The notes: generated by a model from the sequence alone, not told the origin. Shown: positions 8,289-18,306, counted from the stretch's first letter. The stretch: DNA of 59,217 bases from an uncultured Coxiellaceae bacterium (GCA_964194675.1 CAXMND010000193.1:1-59217), one strand, 5' to 3'. Translations and numbers: made by a program.

Positions 8289-9776
8289 ATGCCACGCGGA
8301 AATGGCGAGACCCCAGCGCGAATCGTAAGCGGGGAAGACTACATCAACAGCCTACGGGGCCGGAGCCTCAAGGTGTTCCTGTTCGGTGAGCTGGTCGACG
8401 AACCGGTGGACCATCCCCTGATTCGACCGTCGATCAACGCCGTTGCGGAGACTTACGACTTGGCAGTCCGCGAGCCGGAAGTTGCAACCGTCGAGTCCAC
8501 GCTCATCGACGGGCGCGTCAACCGCTTTCTACACATCGTGCAGAGCCCAGAAGACCTGGTCGCGCAAAACATGATGCAGCGCAAGCTCGGACAGAACACG
8601 GGCACTTGCTTTCAGCGCTGCGTCGGAATGGACGCGTTCAACTCGCTCTACTCGGTAACCTACGAGATCGACGAGAAACACGGCACGCCTTACCATGAGC
8701 GTCTCAAGGCGTTCTTGACGACGATGCAGCGGCATAACTACGTGGTCGGCGGGGCCATGACCGACGTCAAAGGTGATCGTAGCAAGGCTCCGCACGAGCA
8801 AGACGACCCTGACCTCTTCGTCCATATCACCAAGCGCAACGACGACGGCATCTGGCTGCGCGGCGCCAAAGCGCACCAAACCGGTTGCATCAACTCGCAT
8901 TGGATCATCGCCATGCCGACGATGCGCCTGGGGCCGAAGGACAAAGACTACTCGGTAGTGGCAGCCTTCCCGGTCGACGCACCCGGGATCACCTACATCT
9001 ACGGGAGACAGTCCTGCGATACGCGAAGCATGGAGGGCGGCTCGATCGATGTTGGGAACGCGTCGTTCTCGGGACAAGAAGCGATGGTAATCCTCGAGGA
9101 CGTGTTCGTCCCGTGGAGCCACGTCTTCATGGATGGCGAGTACGAGTTTGCATCGATGCTCGTCGAGCGCTTCACCTGTTATCACCGCCGGAGCTACGTC
9201 TGCAAGACCGGCGTCGGCGACGTATTGATCGGAGCCGCAGCTCAAGCTGCCGAGCACAACGGGGTCGAAAAGGCTTCGCATATCAAAGACAAACTCGTGC
9301 AAATGACACATTTGAACGAGACGATGTACGCTGCTGGCATTGCCTCGTCACATCAGGCGAAGCCCACTAAATCCGGCTGCTACTTGAACGACGACATGCT
9401 TGCCAATGTGTGCAAGCACCACGTAACGAAGATGCCGTTCGAGATCGGGCGGCTTGCCCAAGACCTAGCGGGCGGGCTGGTGAGCACTGCACCTTCTGAG
9501 AAAGAGCTCAAGCACCCCGAGCTCAAGGCGTTGCTCGAAAAGTACCTTAAAGGACGGGCGGACGTGCCCACCGAGGCGCGGATTCGCGTGCTCCGCTTGA
9601 TCGAGAACATGACGATGGGTCGCAACGCGGTGGGGTATCTGACCGAGTCGATGCATGGCGCCGGGTCTCCGCAGGCACAGCGTATTCAGATCGGACGCCT
9701 GATGAACCTCGAGTTCAAAAAGGGGCTCGCACGCAAGCTGGCTGGTATCGAGGGTCGCGACCAGGACGAAGAGTAG
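8289..9776 (+). CDS. abfD: 4-hydroxybutyryl-CoA dehydratase / vinylacetyl-CoA isomerase family (FAD, 4Fe-4S)
   Basis: TCFQRCVGMD (CxxxC) plus YHRRSYVC (H-x5-C) cluster ligands; GAMTDVKGDRS and ESMHGAGSPQAQ. Confidence 0.8.
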   Translation: MPRGNGETPARIVSGEDYINSLRGRSLKVFLFGELVDEPVDHPLIRPSINAVAETYDLAVREPEVATVESTLIDGRVNRFLHIVQSPEDLVAQNMMQRKLGQNTGTCFQRCVGMDAFNSLYSVTYEIDEKHGTPYHERLKAFLTTMQRHNYVVGGAMTDVKGDRSKAPHEQDDPDLFVHITKRNDDGIWLRGAKAHQTGCINSHWIIAMPTMRLGPKDKDYSVVAAFPVDAPGITYIYGRQSCDTRSMEGGSIDVGNASFSGQEAMVILEDVFVPWSHVFMDGEYEFASMLVERFTCYHRRSYVCKTGVGDVLIGAAAQAAEHNGVEKASHIKDKLVQMTHLNETMYAAGIASSHQAKPTKSGCYLNDDMLANVCKHHVTKMPFEIGRLAQDLAGGLVSTAPSEKELKHPELKALLEKYLKGRADVPTEARIRVLRLIENMTMGRNAVGYLTESMHGAGSPQAQRIQIGRLMNLEFKKGLARKLAGIEGRDQDEE

Positions 9777-9800
9777 CCAGCTCTGCGCAGATCCCATACG

Positions 9801-10934
9801 GTGGTGTCGATGCCAGTGAGGGGCCACACCGAGTTTGTCGTCATCTGGGCGTGTCTGGCGATGTTCGGTTGCGAACGGGACGCCACGGCGGAGGCCCATG
9901 GCAAACCAATCGGAGCCCTCGAGACCGGTCGGGTCGCCGATCCTGTCACCAAAAACGAAGAGCCTGCCGAGCCGGTGCGGGGAGGGCTGGTCATCGGAGA
10001 GTACCGGCTCGCGCCTCGTGCCGTAGTCGACGGAGACACGATTCGTGTGGAGAATCTCAAAAACTCCATTCGTCTACTCTCGATCGATACCGAGGAGAAG
10101 GTACGCGGTAAACGGGACCGGGCTGCGATCGAGGCAGACTTCGAAAAGTATTTGAAAAGGAGGCGTGGCGATGCCGTGCGTCCAAAGAAAGCCGGTACGC
10201 CGATGGGCAGCCGAGCCACCGAGTTCGCGGAAGAGTTCTTCGGCGGCGTCGAAACCGTGCGACTCGAACGAGACGACCCCAAAGCTCTTCGTGGGCGGTA
10301 CGGCCGGCTTCTCGCGTACGCGTTCGTGAAGAAAGACGGCAAGTGGACCAGCTACAATGTCGAGGCTGTCCGCGCAGGGATGAGCCCCTATTTCACGAAG
10401 TACGGATACTCTCATCGTTTTCACAACCAGTTCGCGCGCGCGGAGGGCGAGGCGCTGCGCGCTCGACGCGGCATCTGGGACCCGGACGCCAAGGGCTACG
10501 GCGATTATGCCGAGCGTAAGGAGTGGTGGGACGCGCGGGCCAACTTCATCCAAGCGTTCGAGCACCAGGCAGCCGGGCGCGACGATTTCATCATGCTCAC
10601 CGAGTGGGATGCAAACGCGCGGCTCGAAGAAAAGCTGGGCAACGAAGTGACCGTCCTTGGGACGGTCGGTAGGGTGCAGCATTTCAAGAGACTGGTGCGC
10701 GTGCTGCTGGGCGGCGAGCAAGGCAAGGACTTTCCGATCATTTTTTTCGATAAAGAGGCTTTTCGACGAAGCGGCCTCGAGCGTTACGCGGGCGAACCTG
10801 TGACGGTACGGGGTCCGATCGAACGCTACAAACGCGGCGACTATGCGACGCTTCAGATCGTGGTCGGTGACCCCGAACAGATCGGCCTTCCCTCGCTCCC
10901 GTGGCCGGATGAACCCGCTCGGGCGGCCGAGTAG
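9801..10934 (+). CDS. Thermonuclease (SNase-like) lipoprotein with C-terminal OB-fold-like domain
   Basis: Lipobox MFGC; VVDGDTIRV, IRLLSIDTEE, RYGRLLAY and ARRGIW. C-terminal VTVLGTV...VTVRGPIERYK...LQIVVGDPEQI. Confidence 0.85.
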   Translation: MVSMPVRGHTEFVVIWACLAMFGCERDATAEAHGKPIGALETGRVADPVTKNEEPAEPVRGGLVIGEYRLAPRAVVDGDTIRVENLKNSIRLLSIDTEEKVRGKRDRAAIEADFEKYLKRRRGDAVRPKKAGTPMGSRATEFAEEFFGGVETVRLERDDPKALRGRYGRLLAYAFVKKDGKWTSYNVEAVRAGMSPYFTKYGYSHRFHNQFARAEGEALRARRGIWDPDAKGYGDYAERKEWWDARANFIQAFEHQAAGRDDFIMLTEWDANARLEEKLGNEVTVLGTVGRVQHFKRLVRVLLGGEQGKDFPIIFFDKEAFRRSGLERYAGEPVTVRGPIERYKRGDYATLQIVVGDPEQIGLPSLPWPDEPARAAE

Positions 10935-10994
10935 CACGAAACCAAACGACGCTTCGACCGATAACCCGCCAAGCCCGAGAGGCAGGAGGTCGAG

Positions 10995-12623
10995 ATGGCG
11001 GGAGTGTGCGGTTGGGTGCGCGGGTGCGTATGCCTGGTGTTGGTGGTCTGCGGTTGCGGGAGGGATCCAGTCGCGGCGCAAGCGAGGTGCGAAGAAGTCT
11101 TGCCCGGCGACGTCGTCATTACGGAGATTCACGCGAACCCAGATGGAAACGATGGCGACGACGAGTACATCGAGCTCTTCAATGCGAGTGGACGGGCGCT
11201 CGAGCTCCAGGGCTTGACGCTGGTTTCGAGCCGCGAAGACGGGACGGGGGCGTCGGAGCATCGATTTGGCGAAAGCCTAGTCGACGCGGACGACTACTTC
11301 GTGTTGGGAAGCGCGACATCCGAGTCGTGGTCTGCGCATGTCGACTACAGCTACGGCAATACGCTGGGCAGGCTTCGCAACTCCGACGCTGCGCTGTTGA
11401 TCCGATGTAGCGAGGCGGTCATCGACCGGGTGAGCTACACGAGCACGCGAGACGGGCGCGCCCTAGAGCTCGACGGCCGGCTCGTCCCAGACAGCGAGTT
11501 GAACGACGACGCAGGTCACTGGTGCTTTGCGCCAGAAACAGCGTCCGAGGTCTCCCCACACAACTTTGGCACCCCGGGCGCCCGAAACAGCGTTTGCGAA
11601 GAGCCACCAGTCGATGGGACTTGCGGCGAGGGTGGGGCGAGGCGCGCCATCGATCGACCGGCGTCCGGCGAAGTTCAGATCACCGAATGGATGGCCAATC
11701 CGGATGGGCCGGACGGCGAGCTCGAGTGGCTAGAATTGCTCTTTACCGAACAGGCCGATCTCAACGGCATTCGGCTCGGTGCACAGAGTGACTCGCTTGG
11801 CACACCTGTCCTCGGGGATGCGTGTTTCCCCGTCGACGCGGACACACGGGTTGTCTTCGGAGCGAGTCCGGCGGCAGCCTCCCGCGTCGACGCGGATCTC
11901 GGTTTCAGCCTCGGCAATTCTGGAGAGCGCAGCATCGTGGTCGTAATCGAGGATACCGTCCTCGACCGCGTCGAGTACCTGGGTTCGGAAGAAGGTGTCG
12001 CGTGGCAGGTGGACGCCGACGGAGTGCTGTGCCTGGTCGAGGCCGTGACGGACTACGAGTACCGCGATGCCAACTTCGGGACGCCGGGTGAGTCGAACCC
12101 AGTGTGTCCCCCCGTTCTCGAAGAGGGGATGTGCTTCGATGGGAGCACCCCGCGGTTGATTCGGAGCCCGTCCGCGGCACAGACGCAGATCACGGAGTGG
12201 TTGGCGAACCCTTCGATGGTTGGCAACCGGGACGGCGAGTGGGTCGAAGTTCATTTCACGGCCGGCGCCGACCTCAATGGCCTAGTGTGGTCCGACCTCA
12301 CCGGGGCGAGCACGAGTATCGAACGAGACGAGTGCGTGTCGGTACCAGCCGGAGCGTTCGCGGTGTTCGCACGAAACTCGAACGGTGACGCAAACGGAGG
12401 CGTGCCGTTCGTAGACGCCGAGCTCGGCGTCTCGCTCAACAACACCAACGAAATGATCTCGATCAGCATCGACGGTCAGGTCCTGGATTCGGTTTCGTAC
12501 AAAGGGTCGCATCCGGGAATCGCGACGCAGATCGACGAATCAGGCCTCCGGTGTGACGCGATCACGCCGTATGGCGATGGAGACCTGGGGACACCCGGTG
12601 CGCCAAACCGATCGTGCCCCTGA
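10995..12623 (+). CDS. Lipoprotein with three lamin-tail (LTD) domains
   Basis: Lipobox VCGC. Three repeats begin ITE(I/W)xANP..E(Y/W)xE and end GTPG..N, with Cys-containing linkers. Confidence 0.82.
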   Translation: MAGVCGWVRGCVCLVLVVCGCGRDPVAAQARCEEVLPGDVVITEIHANPDGNDGDDEYIELFNASGRALELQGLTLVSSREDGTGASEHRFGESLVDADDYFVLGSATSESWSAHVDYSYGNTLGRLRNSDAALLIRCSEAVIDRVSYTSTRDGRALELDGRLVPDSELNDDAGHWCFAPETASEVSPHNFGTPGARNSVCEEPPVDGTCGEGGARRAIDRPASGEVQITEWMANPDGPDGELEWLELLFTEQADLNGIRLGAQSDSLGTPVLGDACFPVDADTRVVFGASPAAASRVDADLGFSLGNSGERSIVVVIEDTVLDRVEYLGSEEGVAWQVDADGVLCLVEAVTDYEYRDANFGTPGESNPVCPPVLEEGMCFDGSTPRLIRSPSAAQTQITEWLANPSMVGNRDGEWVEVHFTAGADLNGLVWSDLTGASTSIERDECVSVPAGAFAVFARNSNGDANGGVPFVDAELGVSLNNTNEMISISIDGQVLDSVSYKGSHPGIATQIDESGLRCDAITPYGDGDLGTPGAPNRSCP

Positions 12624-14695
12624 GGCCCGCGCAGTACGTCGCTTTGGTGTTCGCATGGCTCGTCGCGTGGTTTCCGAGGGATACCGGCGCCGTTCAATAC
12701 GAGGTGTTCGTGCATGTCGAGGCCGAGGAAGACCTATACCACTTGCTGGTGTCCGGGCAGATCTCGGAGCGTTCGTTCGGCGCGCTTCTGCTCCTCTACC
12801 AAACGAAAGTCGACCTCAACCGGGCAGATCGGGAACGGCTCTACGCCTTGCCAAACCTCAACCTCGCGCACGTGGATCGAATTCTCCACTATCGAAATGA
12901 GGTCAAAAGCATCGGTGCGTTCGACGATCTCGTGGCGGCTGGGGCGCTCGATGCCGACCTGGCTGACACGATTCGCGCTTTCGTCGTCGTGCGTTCTCCC
13001 GAAACACCTAAAACCGAAACCGATGGGTTCCTGCGGGTGCAAGCGCGCTGGAGCGGGCCTTACGACAGGCTTCCACCGGCGGCGGCGATTCAGGCACGGG
13101 TCAAGACCCTCCGTAACCTCGACGTCGGAGCTGTCGGAGTGCTCACCCGCAACGATGTTCACCGGGTGCGCTGGGACCTAGGTCGCCAAGCGCTCACCGC
13201 AGAACCAGAGCGGGTCCGATTCGTGGTCCCCAAGCTCTACGCAGAATGGCAAGATGAGAAGTGGGAAGTCGTCGTAGGGACTTTTCGCATCGGCTTCGGT
13301 CAACGGTTGACCTTCGATGTGACCGACCAGGTCAGCCCGAATGGTTTCTTTGGCGACTACGAGCTTCGGAGAACAAACGACCTCGCCCTACGATGCAGGC
13401 GGAGAGCGGGGGAGCTGATCGAATCTCCGTGCTCGACCGATCGGGTCCCGCGGGTCACGCCCGACTACAAATGGACGAACCGCCTGGCAGGCGCTGCGGT
13501 CGGCCTACGCAAAGCGGATGTGGGACGCGGCTGGTTGCAGGCTTACGGGTGGGGTTCCTACCAAGTACACCGAGTCCCACGAATCGAGGTGGCAAACGCA
13601 GGCAGCTGCGTAGACCCCCGACTGGACGAGGATCCCGCTTGCAAGGCCCCGCCCGTATACGTACGGGGCGCCGACCCCGCGAAGCCGACGAGCGAGCTCA
13701 GCTCCGTCACCCTACCCGCCATGGTCGTCGAGGGTCTCGGCGGAGCGAACATCGGCTACTTTTGGAGTTCCCGAGCGCACGTGGGAATGACCGGATACGG
13801 GTCGGTTCCGAAATGGCTCGTCAATGGTGTCGAGCTTGGCTTCCAAGAATTCGCGCGAAGGCCGTTTGGTGGTCCGTTCGGTGCACTTGGGATAAACGCG
13901 GCGTACGGGTTCGGCGTACAAGACTTCTTTATCGAGCTCGCGCGTAGCTTCGACTCGCAGCCGGGGGGCGGAGGCGGCTATGGCGCGATCCTGCGGAGCG
14001 TCACCGTGCTTCAAACGACCGAGTTCGACACCTCGGTTCGCTACTACGGCGAGGACTACGCGAACCCATATGCGAGGCCGGTGTCTGCACCCGACGAGCT
14101 CGATGGGCTTCGAGCGCGCAACGAAACTGGTGTCCGCATGAGAACGACCAGCAGCTTCGGGCGGAAGCTGGGCTTACGGACCGTGGCCGACGTCTGGCGC
14201 AGGCTGTCCGAACGTGGGATCGAAGCGGCGCTCTTTGCGCGCATGGACGTGGGCATGCGCGGACCATGGAGCTGGTCGTTCTGGGCATCCTACCGAAGCA
14301 GCAACGGTCAGGGTCTCGTCACCGCGACACGGTTTGCCTACGAGCCGAGCAGGCGGCTGACGATCTCTGCGCAATACCAACACAAATGGGTGGAGCTCGT
14401 CGCGGGGCACGGGCCTCGACAAGACATCGCGACGCTGCTTCAGATCATCTCGCGGCCGATCGACCGACTCCGCATCCGGGCTCGTGTGCGATACGATTTC
14501 GAGGACATCGCCAACAACCATCGGCTCGCGCAAGTGCTGTGGAACTACCTGGAGGCCGCAGTCACGATTCGCCAGCGCGACACACTGCGAACACGATACG
14601 ACTTTCGCGTATTCCTCGATCGGCGTGAATCCACCGTGGCGCGCCTTCCGAACCCCGAGCATTGGCTTTGGTTGGAGTACGTATTTCGGTTTTAG
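12614..14695 (+). CDS. ComEA-type helix-hairpin-helix domain fused to a probable outer-membrane beta-barrel
   Basis: Signal peptide; VDLNRADRERLYALPNL...ILHYR HhH motif; amphipathic beta-strand pattern; terminal WLEYVFRF (C-terminal Phe). Overlaps the upstream stop. Confidence 0.75.
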   Translation: MPLRPAQYVALVFAWLVAWFPRDTGAVQYEVFVHVEAEEDLYHLLVSGQISERSFGALLLLYQTKVDLNRADRERLYALPNLNLAHVDRILHYRNEVKSIGAFDDLVAAGALDADLADTIRAFVVVRSPETPKTETDGFLRVQARWSGPYDRLPPAAAIQARVKTLRNLDVGAVGVLTRNDVHRVRWDLGRQALTAEPERVRFVVPKLYAEWQDEKWEVVVGTFRIGFGQRLTFDVTDQVSPNGFFGDYELRRTNDLALRCRRRAGELIESPCSTDRVPRVTPDYKWTNRLAGAAVGLRKADVGRGWLQAYGWGSYQVHRVPRIEVANAGSCVDPRLDEDPACKAPPVYVRGADPAKPTSELSSVTLPAMVVEGLGGANIGYFWSSRAHVGMTGYGSVPKWLVNGVELGFQEFARRPFGGPFGALGINAAYGFGVQDFFIELARSFDSQPGGGGGYGAILRSVTVLQTTEFDTSVRYYGEDYANPYARPVSAPDELDGLRARNETGVRMRTTSSFGRKLGLRTVADVWRRLSERGIEAALFARMDVGMRGPWSWSFWASYRSSNGQGLVTATRFAYEPSRRLTISAQYQHKWVELVAGHGPRQDIATLLQIISRPIDRLRIRARVRYDFEDIANNHRLAQVLWNYLEAAVTIRQRDTLRTRYDFRVFLDRRESTVARLPNPEHWLWLEYVFRF

Positions 14696-14730
14696 GGCTC
14701 GGCACGAGCACGTGGTACGCTCTGCGGTCC

Positions 14731-15996
14731 ATGATTGACGAGCAAGCGATCGTCGACGAAGCAGGGGACCAATCGTTCCCCGCAAGCGATCCACCGAGCT
14801 GGACTTTGGGTCGCCGGTCATCGGCGCCCATCCGAGTGGGGCACCCGGAGTGGGAACCAATGACCGCGTACGTGGCGGAAATGTCGTACTTCAGTGGCAA
14901 GATGGAAGCGTATCTTCGGTACAAGGAGATCCCATTCGAGCGCCGCGTAGTCGGCATGAAGGTGATGCGCGACGAAGTGCTCGCGGCTACCGGCTTGATG
15001 AAGGTCCCGGTCATCCGAATGGCCAACGGGCAGTGGCTCAAGGACACGACGCCGATGATCGAATGGTTGGATTCGCAATATCCGGATCCACCGGTGATCC
15101 CAAAAAACTCGGCCCTTCGTTTCTTGTCGAAGTTAGTCGAAGACTATGCCGACGAATGGTGTTGGCGTGCTGCGCTCTATTGGCGGTGGCGGCCGACCGA
15201 GTCGCGAAAGCTCCTCATGTCACGAATCGGCAGTGAAGTGTTGGGTGACTTCCCCGCGCCGAATTGGTTGGCCGGCTGGTACTTCGGCCGACGCCAGATC
15301 GCGACGTATCTCACGGGCGACGGCATGACCGCCGAGACCGCGCCACACATCAAGCAGCACTACCTCGACCTCCTCGACAACATGAGCGCCATCCTGGAGA
15401 ACCAGCCGTTTCTGTTGGGCAGCCACCCGACACTGGTCGATATCGGCCTCTTCGGACCGATGTTCCGCCACTACGCGGAAGATCCGACGCCGAGCCGCGT
15501 GATGCAGGAACGCGCGCCCGCCGTGTCCGCATGGGTTGGGCGAGTTTGGAACGCGCGCGCAAGCCAACTTCCCGCGGAGCGGACGCTATCCGATTTTTCA
15601 CATCGTGGTTGGGAGTACTTCCTGAAAGAGATTGTGCAGACCTATTGGCCGTTTCTTCTGCGTTCAGCGGAGGCCTGGAAGGCTGGCAACAAGCGAGTCG
15701 ACCACCACGCCCACGGCGTCACCTACAAGGGGCTCAGGGTGGTGCACTACCGCGTGTATTGCCTCGAGGTGCTTCAACACGAGTACGAGACGCTCTCACC
15801 CTCCGACCGCAAGGCCGTCGATGACGCGCTTGCACCCTACGGAAGGCTCGAGTTGATGCCTGGGCTTCGCTCGGGTCTCATGAAGGAGCACGAGCTCCCG
15901 CTTCCCTCGACTCGTCCGCAGCCGTCGACGCTTCAGCGGCTCGTCCTCGGGTTGACCGGCACGCCTTGGGACATGCCGAGGACTCCCGAAGAGTAA
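14731..15996 (+). CDS. Glutathione S-transferase-like protein with N-terminal SFPASDPP extension
   Basis: SYFSGKMEAYLRYK, KVPVI, DTTPMIEWLD, EDYADEW and PFLLGSHPTLVDIGL motifs. Confidence 0.8.
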   Translation: MIDEQAIVDEAGDQSFPASDPPSWTLGRRSSAPIRVGHPEWEPMTAYVAEMSYFSGKMEAYLRYKEIPFERRVVGMKVMRDEVLAATGLMKVPVIRMANGQWLKDTTPMIEWLDSQYPDPPVIPKNSALRFLSKLVEDYADEWCWRAALYWRWRPTESRKLLMSRIGSEVLGDFPAPNWLAGWYFGRRQIATYLTGDGMTAETAPHIKQHYLDLLDNMSAILENQPFLLGSHPTLVDIGLFGPMFRHYAEDPTPSRVMQERAPAVSAWVGRVWNARASQLPAERTLSDFSHRGWEYFLKEIVQTYWPFLLRSAEAWKAGNKRVDHHAHGVTYKGLRVVHYRVYCLEVLQHEYETLSPSDRKAVDDALAPYGRLELMPGLRSGLMKEHELPLPSTRPQPSTLQRLVLGLTGTPWDMPRTPEE

Positions 15997-16099
15997 GCGA
16001 CGGAGTGATGCGATAGAGTGGCTTCAATGAGCTTCGACGAACCGAAGATCGCGGCTTCATCGACGTGCTCAACTCAGCGTACCGCCGAGCGCCAACGGC

Positions 16100-17002
16100 C
16101 TACGAGTAGGACTCCTCTGCCTTTAGCGTGGCGCGCAGCGCCTCCACGACGGCTTCGGTTCGTCCCGCGATGGTGAGCGTGGGGCGATGCAAAAGATAGA
16201 GTGGGATCGTCGCTCCCAGCGATAGGCGCAGTCGCGCCAAGCCTAGCGATTTGGCGAATACGTCCGGCAGCACGGTGACGGCACCGCGGCGCTTGCAAAT
16301 CAGTGCGGCGGTCTCTGGGTCATCGACATGGACCCTCGGCATGATGCTACCCAGCTGCCAGACCCCATCACCGTAGTGGGCGATGGCGATGTACTCGCTC
16401 GCCGCGATATCCTTCCAAGATGGTCGGTTCTGCCTGGTGAGGGGATGCCGATTCGAAGCATAGACCCCGAGCGAACATTCGCGCACGAGCTCGCAGGCCA
16501 GCTGTTCACTGGGCGTCGCCACGTCCACGAGGCCGACGTCGACGACCCCTTGTCGAAGCGCGATGGGTACCTCGGATGCGGTCAGGGAGACAGCTTCGAG
16601 CACGAGCTTTGGGTAGCGCGACGCCAGATCGTCGGCTGCCGATGGGACGACGAAGCGTAGCCATTGCAAGGGCACGGACACCCGGGCAGGCCCCACGAAA
16701 AGCTCTTCATCGATGAACTCGAGCGCAGAGTGCACGCCGCGCATCGCATCCCGAACGCTTTCCAGCAAAACCGAGCCACGGTCGTTGAGCACGATTCTTC
16801 TGCCAGTGCGCTCAAACAGCGAGCACCCTACTGCATCCTCCAGCAGCCCGACGGCGCGTGAAAGCGCGGAGGGACTAACCCGCATCGCAACGGCGGCAGT
16901 CGGGAGATGCTCCGTTTCCGCAACCGCCCGAAACGCGGGAAGCCAATCCCAGAGCTGCGCGACCAGTCGCGCGCGTTCCATAGGCGGGTGGTCATCGATC
17001 AT
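16100..17002 (-). CDS. LysR family transcriptional regulator
   Basis: FRAVAETEHLPTAAVAMRVSPSALSRAVGLLEDAVGCSLFERTGRRIVLNDRG. True start may be 16981. Confidence 0.92.
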   Translation of the reverse strand: MIDDHPPMERARLVAQLWDWLPAFRAVAETEHLPTAAVAMRVSPSALSRAVGLLEDAVGCSLFERTGRRIVLNDRGSVLLESVRDAMRGVHSALEFIDEELFVGPARVSVPLQWLRFVVPSAADDLASRYPKLVLEAVSLTASEVPIALRQGVVDVGLVDVATPSEQLACELVRECSLGVYASNRHPLTRQNRPSWKDIAASEYIAIAHYGDGVWQLGSIMPRVHVDDPETAALICKRRGAVTVLPDVFAKSLGLARLRLSLGATIPLYLLHRPTLTIAGRTEAVVEALRATLKAEESYS

Positions 17003-17051
17003 TCTAGAATATCGAATATATTATTATAATAGTTCTATCAATTGAAACATT
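17001..17051. promoter_or_regulatory. AT-rich divergent promoter region with LysR-type T-N11-A dyad
   Basis: ATTCTAGAATATCGAAT dyad followed by TATTATTATAAT in otherwise GC-rich DNA, between lysR and the divergent gene. Confidence 0.55.
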
Positions 17052-17141
17052 ACGAGACGCTCCTCATAGGGCCATTTGCACGCCGGGCGGCAATTTTAGC
17101 GAGCGGAAGCCTGCTCGCTCACAGAATGAGGAGACGGAGCT

Positions 17142-18056
17142 ATGACACGCAAAGCAACTTTGTTTGGAGCGGCGATCCTGGCTGCATTCGCATCGGCATG
17201 CGCAGAAGACGGCGCCGCGGCCGGCGGAGCCGGAGGAGCCGGAGGAGAGGGAGGCGCGACCGGTATGGCAGAGCTATCGCTGGCTTTCACCGATCTTCCC
17301 GAGCTTGGATCGGACTTCGTGTACGAGGGTTGGCTGATTACGGGCGACGGACCCGTCTCGACGGGACGGTTCACCGTGGACGGCGACGGCGCACTGAGCG
17401 AATCACTCTTCGCAGTGGATCCGACGGACGCCGACGCTGCCAGTACCTTTGTACTAACGATCGAGCCAGCCACGGGAGACGACCCGGCACCAAGCGAAAC
17501 ACACATCCTCGCAGGCGATCTCACCGAGAATTCCGCCGACCTGAGCATGGCACACCCAGCGGCGTTGAGGGACGACTTCACGGCCGCTGCTGGGGAATAC
17601 ATCCTTGCGGCCCCCACAGGTGGCGAAGGCACACCGTTCCAATACGGGATCTGGTGGTTGGTCCCTGGTGACCCACGTTCAGCTGGCCTCGCGTTGCCGA
17701 CACTCCCGGCCGGCTGGGCGTACGAGGGTTGGGTCGCGAGCGCAGATGCGGTGTCCACCGGCCGATTCACCGATTTCGGCAACGCAGACTCCGACGGCGC
17801 GGGCCCCGATGCCGGGTCAGAAACCAGTGCAGCGCCGCCGTTCCCGGGGCAAGATTTCGTCGATCCTCCGCGAGATCTCACCGCTGAGTACACCGCGGTG
17901 ATCAGTGTGGAGCCGGATCCTGATGACGGCTCCGGCCCCTTCTTCATCAAACCGCTGGTTCATCCGATCGCTTCGATCGAGCCGCCCACCACGCAGGTCA
18001 TGGACAACAACGCCGCCGCTACTTCACCAAGCGGCACCGCCAGCATCACCCCTTAG
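17142..18056 (+). CDS. Secreted lipoprotein with duplicated YEGW domain (RskA/anti-sigma-like annotation family)
   Basis: Lipobox ASAC and Gly linker. Two repeats: LPELGSDFVYEGWL..VSTGRFT and LPTLPAGWAYEGWV..VSTGRFT. Confidence 0.65.
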   Translation: MTRKATLFGAAILAAFASACAEDGAAAGGAGGAGGEGGATGMAELSLAFTDLPELGSDFVYEGWLITGDGPVSTGRFTVDGDGALSESLFAVDPTDADAASTFVLTIEPATGDDPAPSETHILAGDLTENSADLSMAHPAALRDDFTAAAGEYILAAPTGGEGTPFQYGIWWLVPGDPRSAGLALPTLPAGWAYEGWVASADAVSTGRFTDFGNADSDGAGPDAGSETSAAPPFPGQDFVDPPRDLTAEYTAVISVEPDPDDGSGPFFIKPLVHPIASIEPPTTQVMDNNAAATSPSGTASITP

Positions 18057-18084
18057 TCCTCCTCTGCACCAGGCAGCATCCCCC

Positions 18085-18306
18085 CTATTCGTAGAGCTTT
18101 ACGACGCGGACGCCTTCGGGGGAGGCTTGCATGCACAGGTCGCATAGCGTGCACTCGTCGACGTTGTCCTCCACGACCTCGACCGCGTTCGCCTGGGAGG
18201 TGAGCTTGAAGATCTTGACGGGGCAGACTTCGACGAGCTTGTCGGCCAGGCTGGGAGTCTTTTCGATGACGCTGTTGTCGACATCTACGCGTATGAACAT
18301 AGCCAT
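18085..18306 (-). CDS. Single-cluster 4Fe-4S ferredoxin
   Basis: VCPV plus CTLCDLC; 73 aa; last gene of the operon. Confidence 0.85.
   Translation of the reverse strand: MAMFIRVDVDNSVIEKTPSLADKLVEVCPVKIFKLTSQANAVEVVEDNVDECTLCDLCMQASPEGVRVVKLYE

Noticed and set aside
18020-18087. Imperfect direct repeat at the end of the YEGW lipoprotein gene
   Set aside because: Too short and degenerate to support an att site or element.
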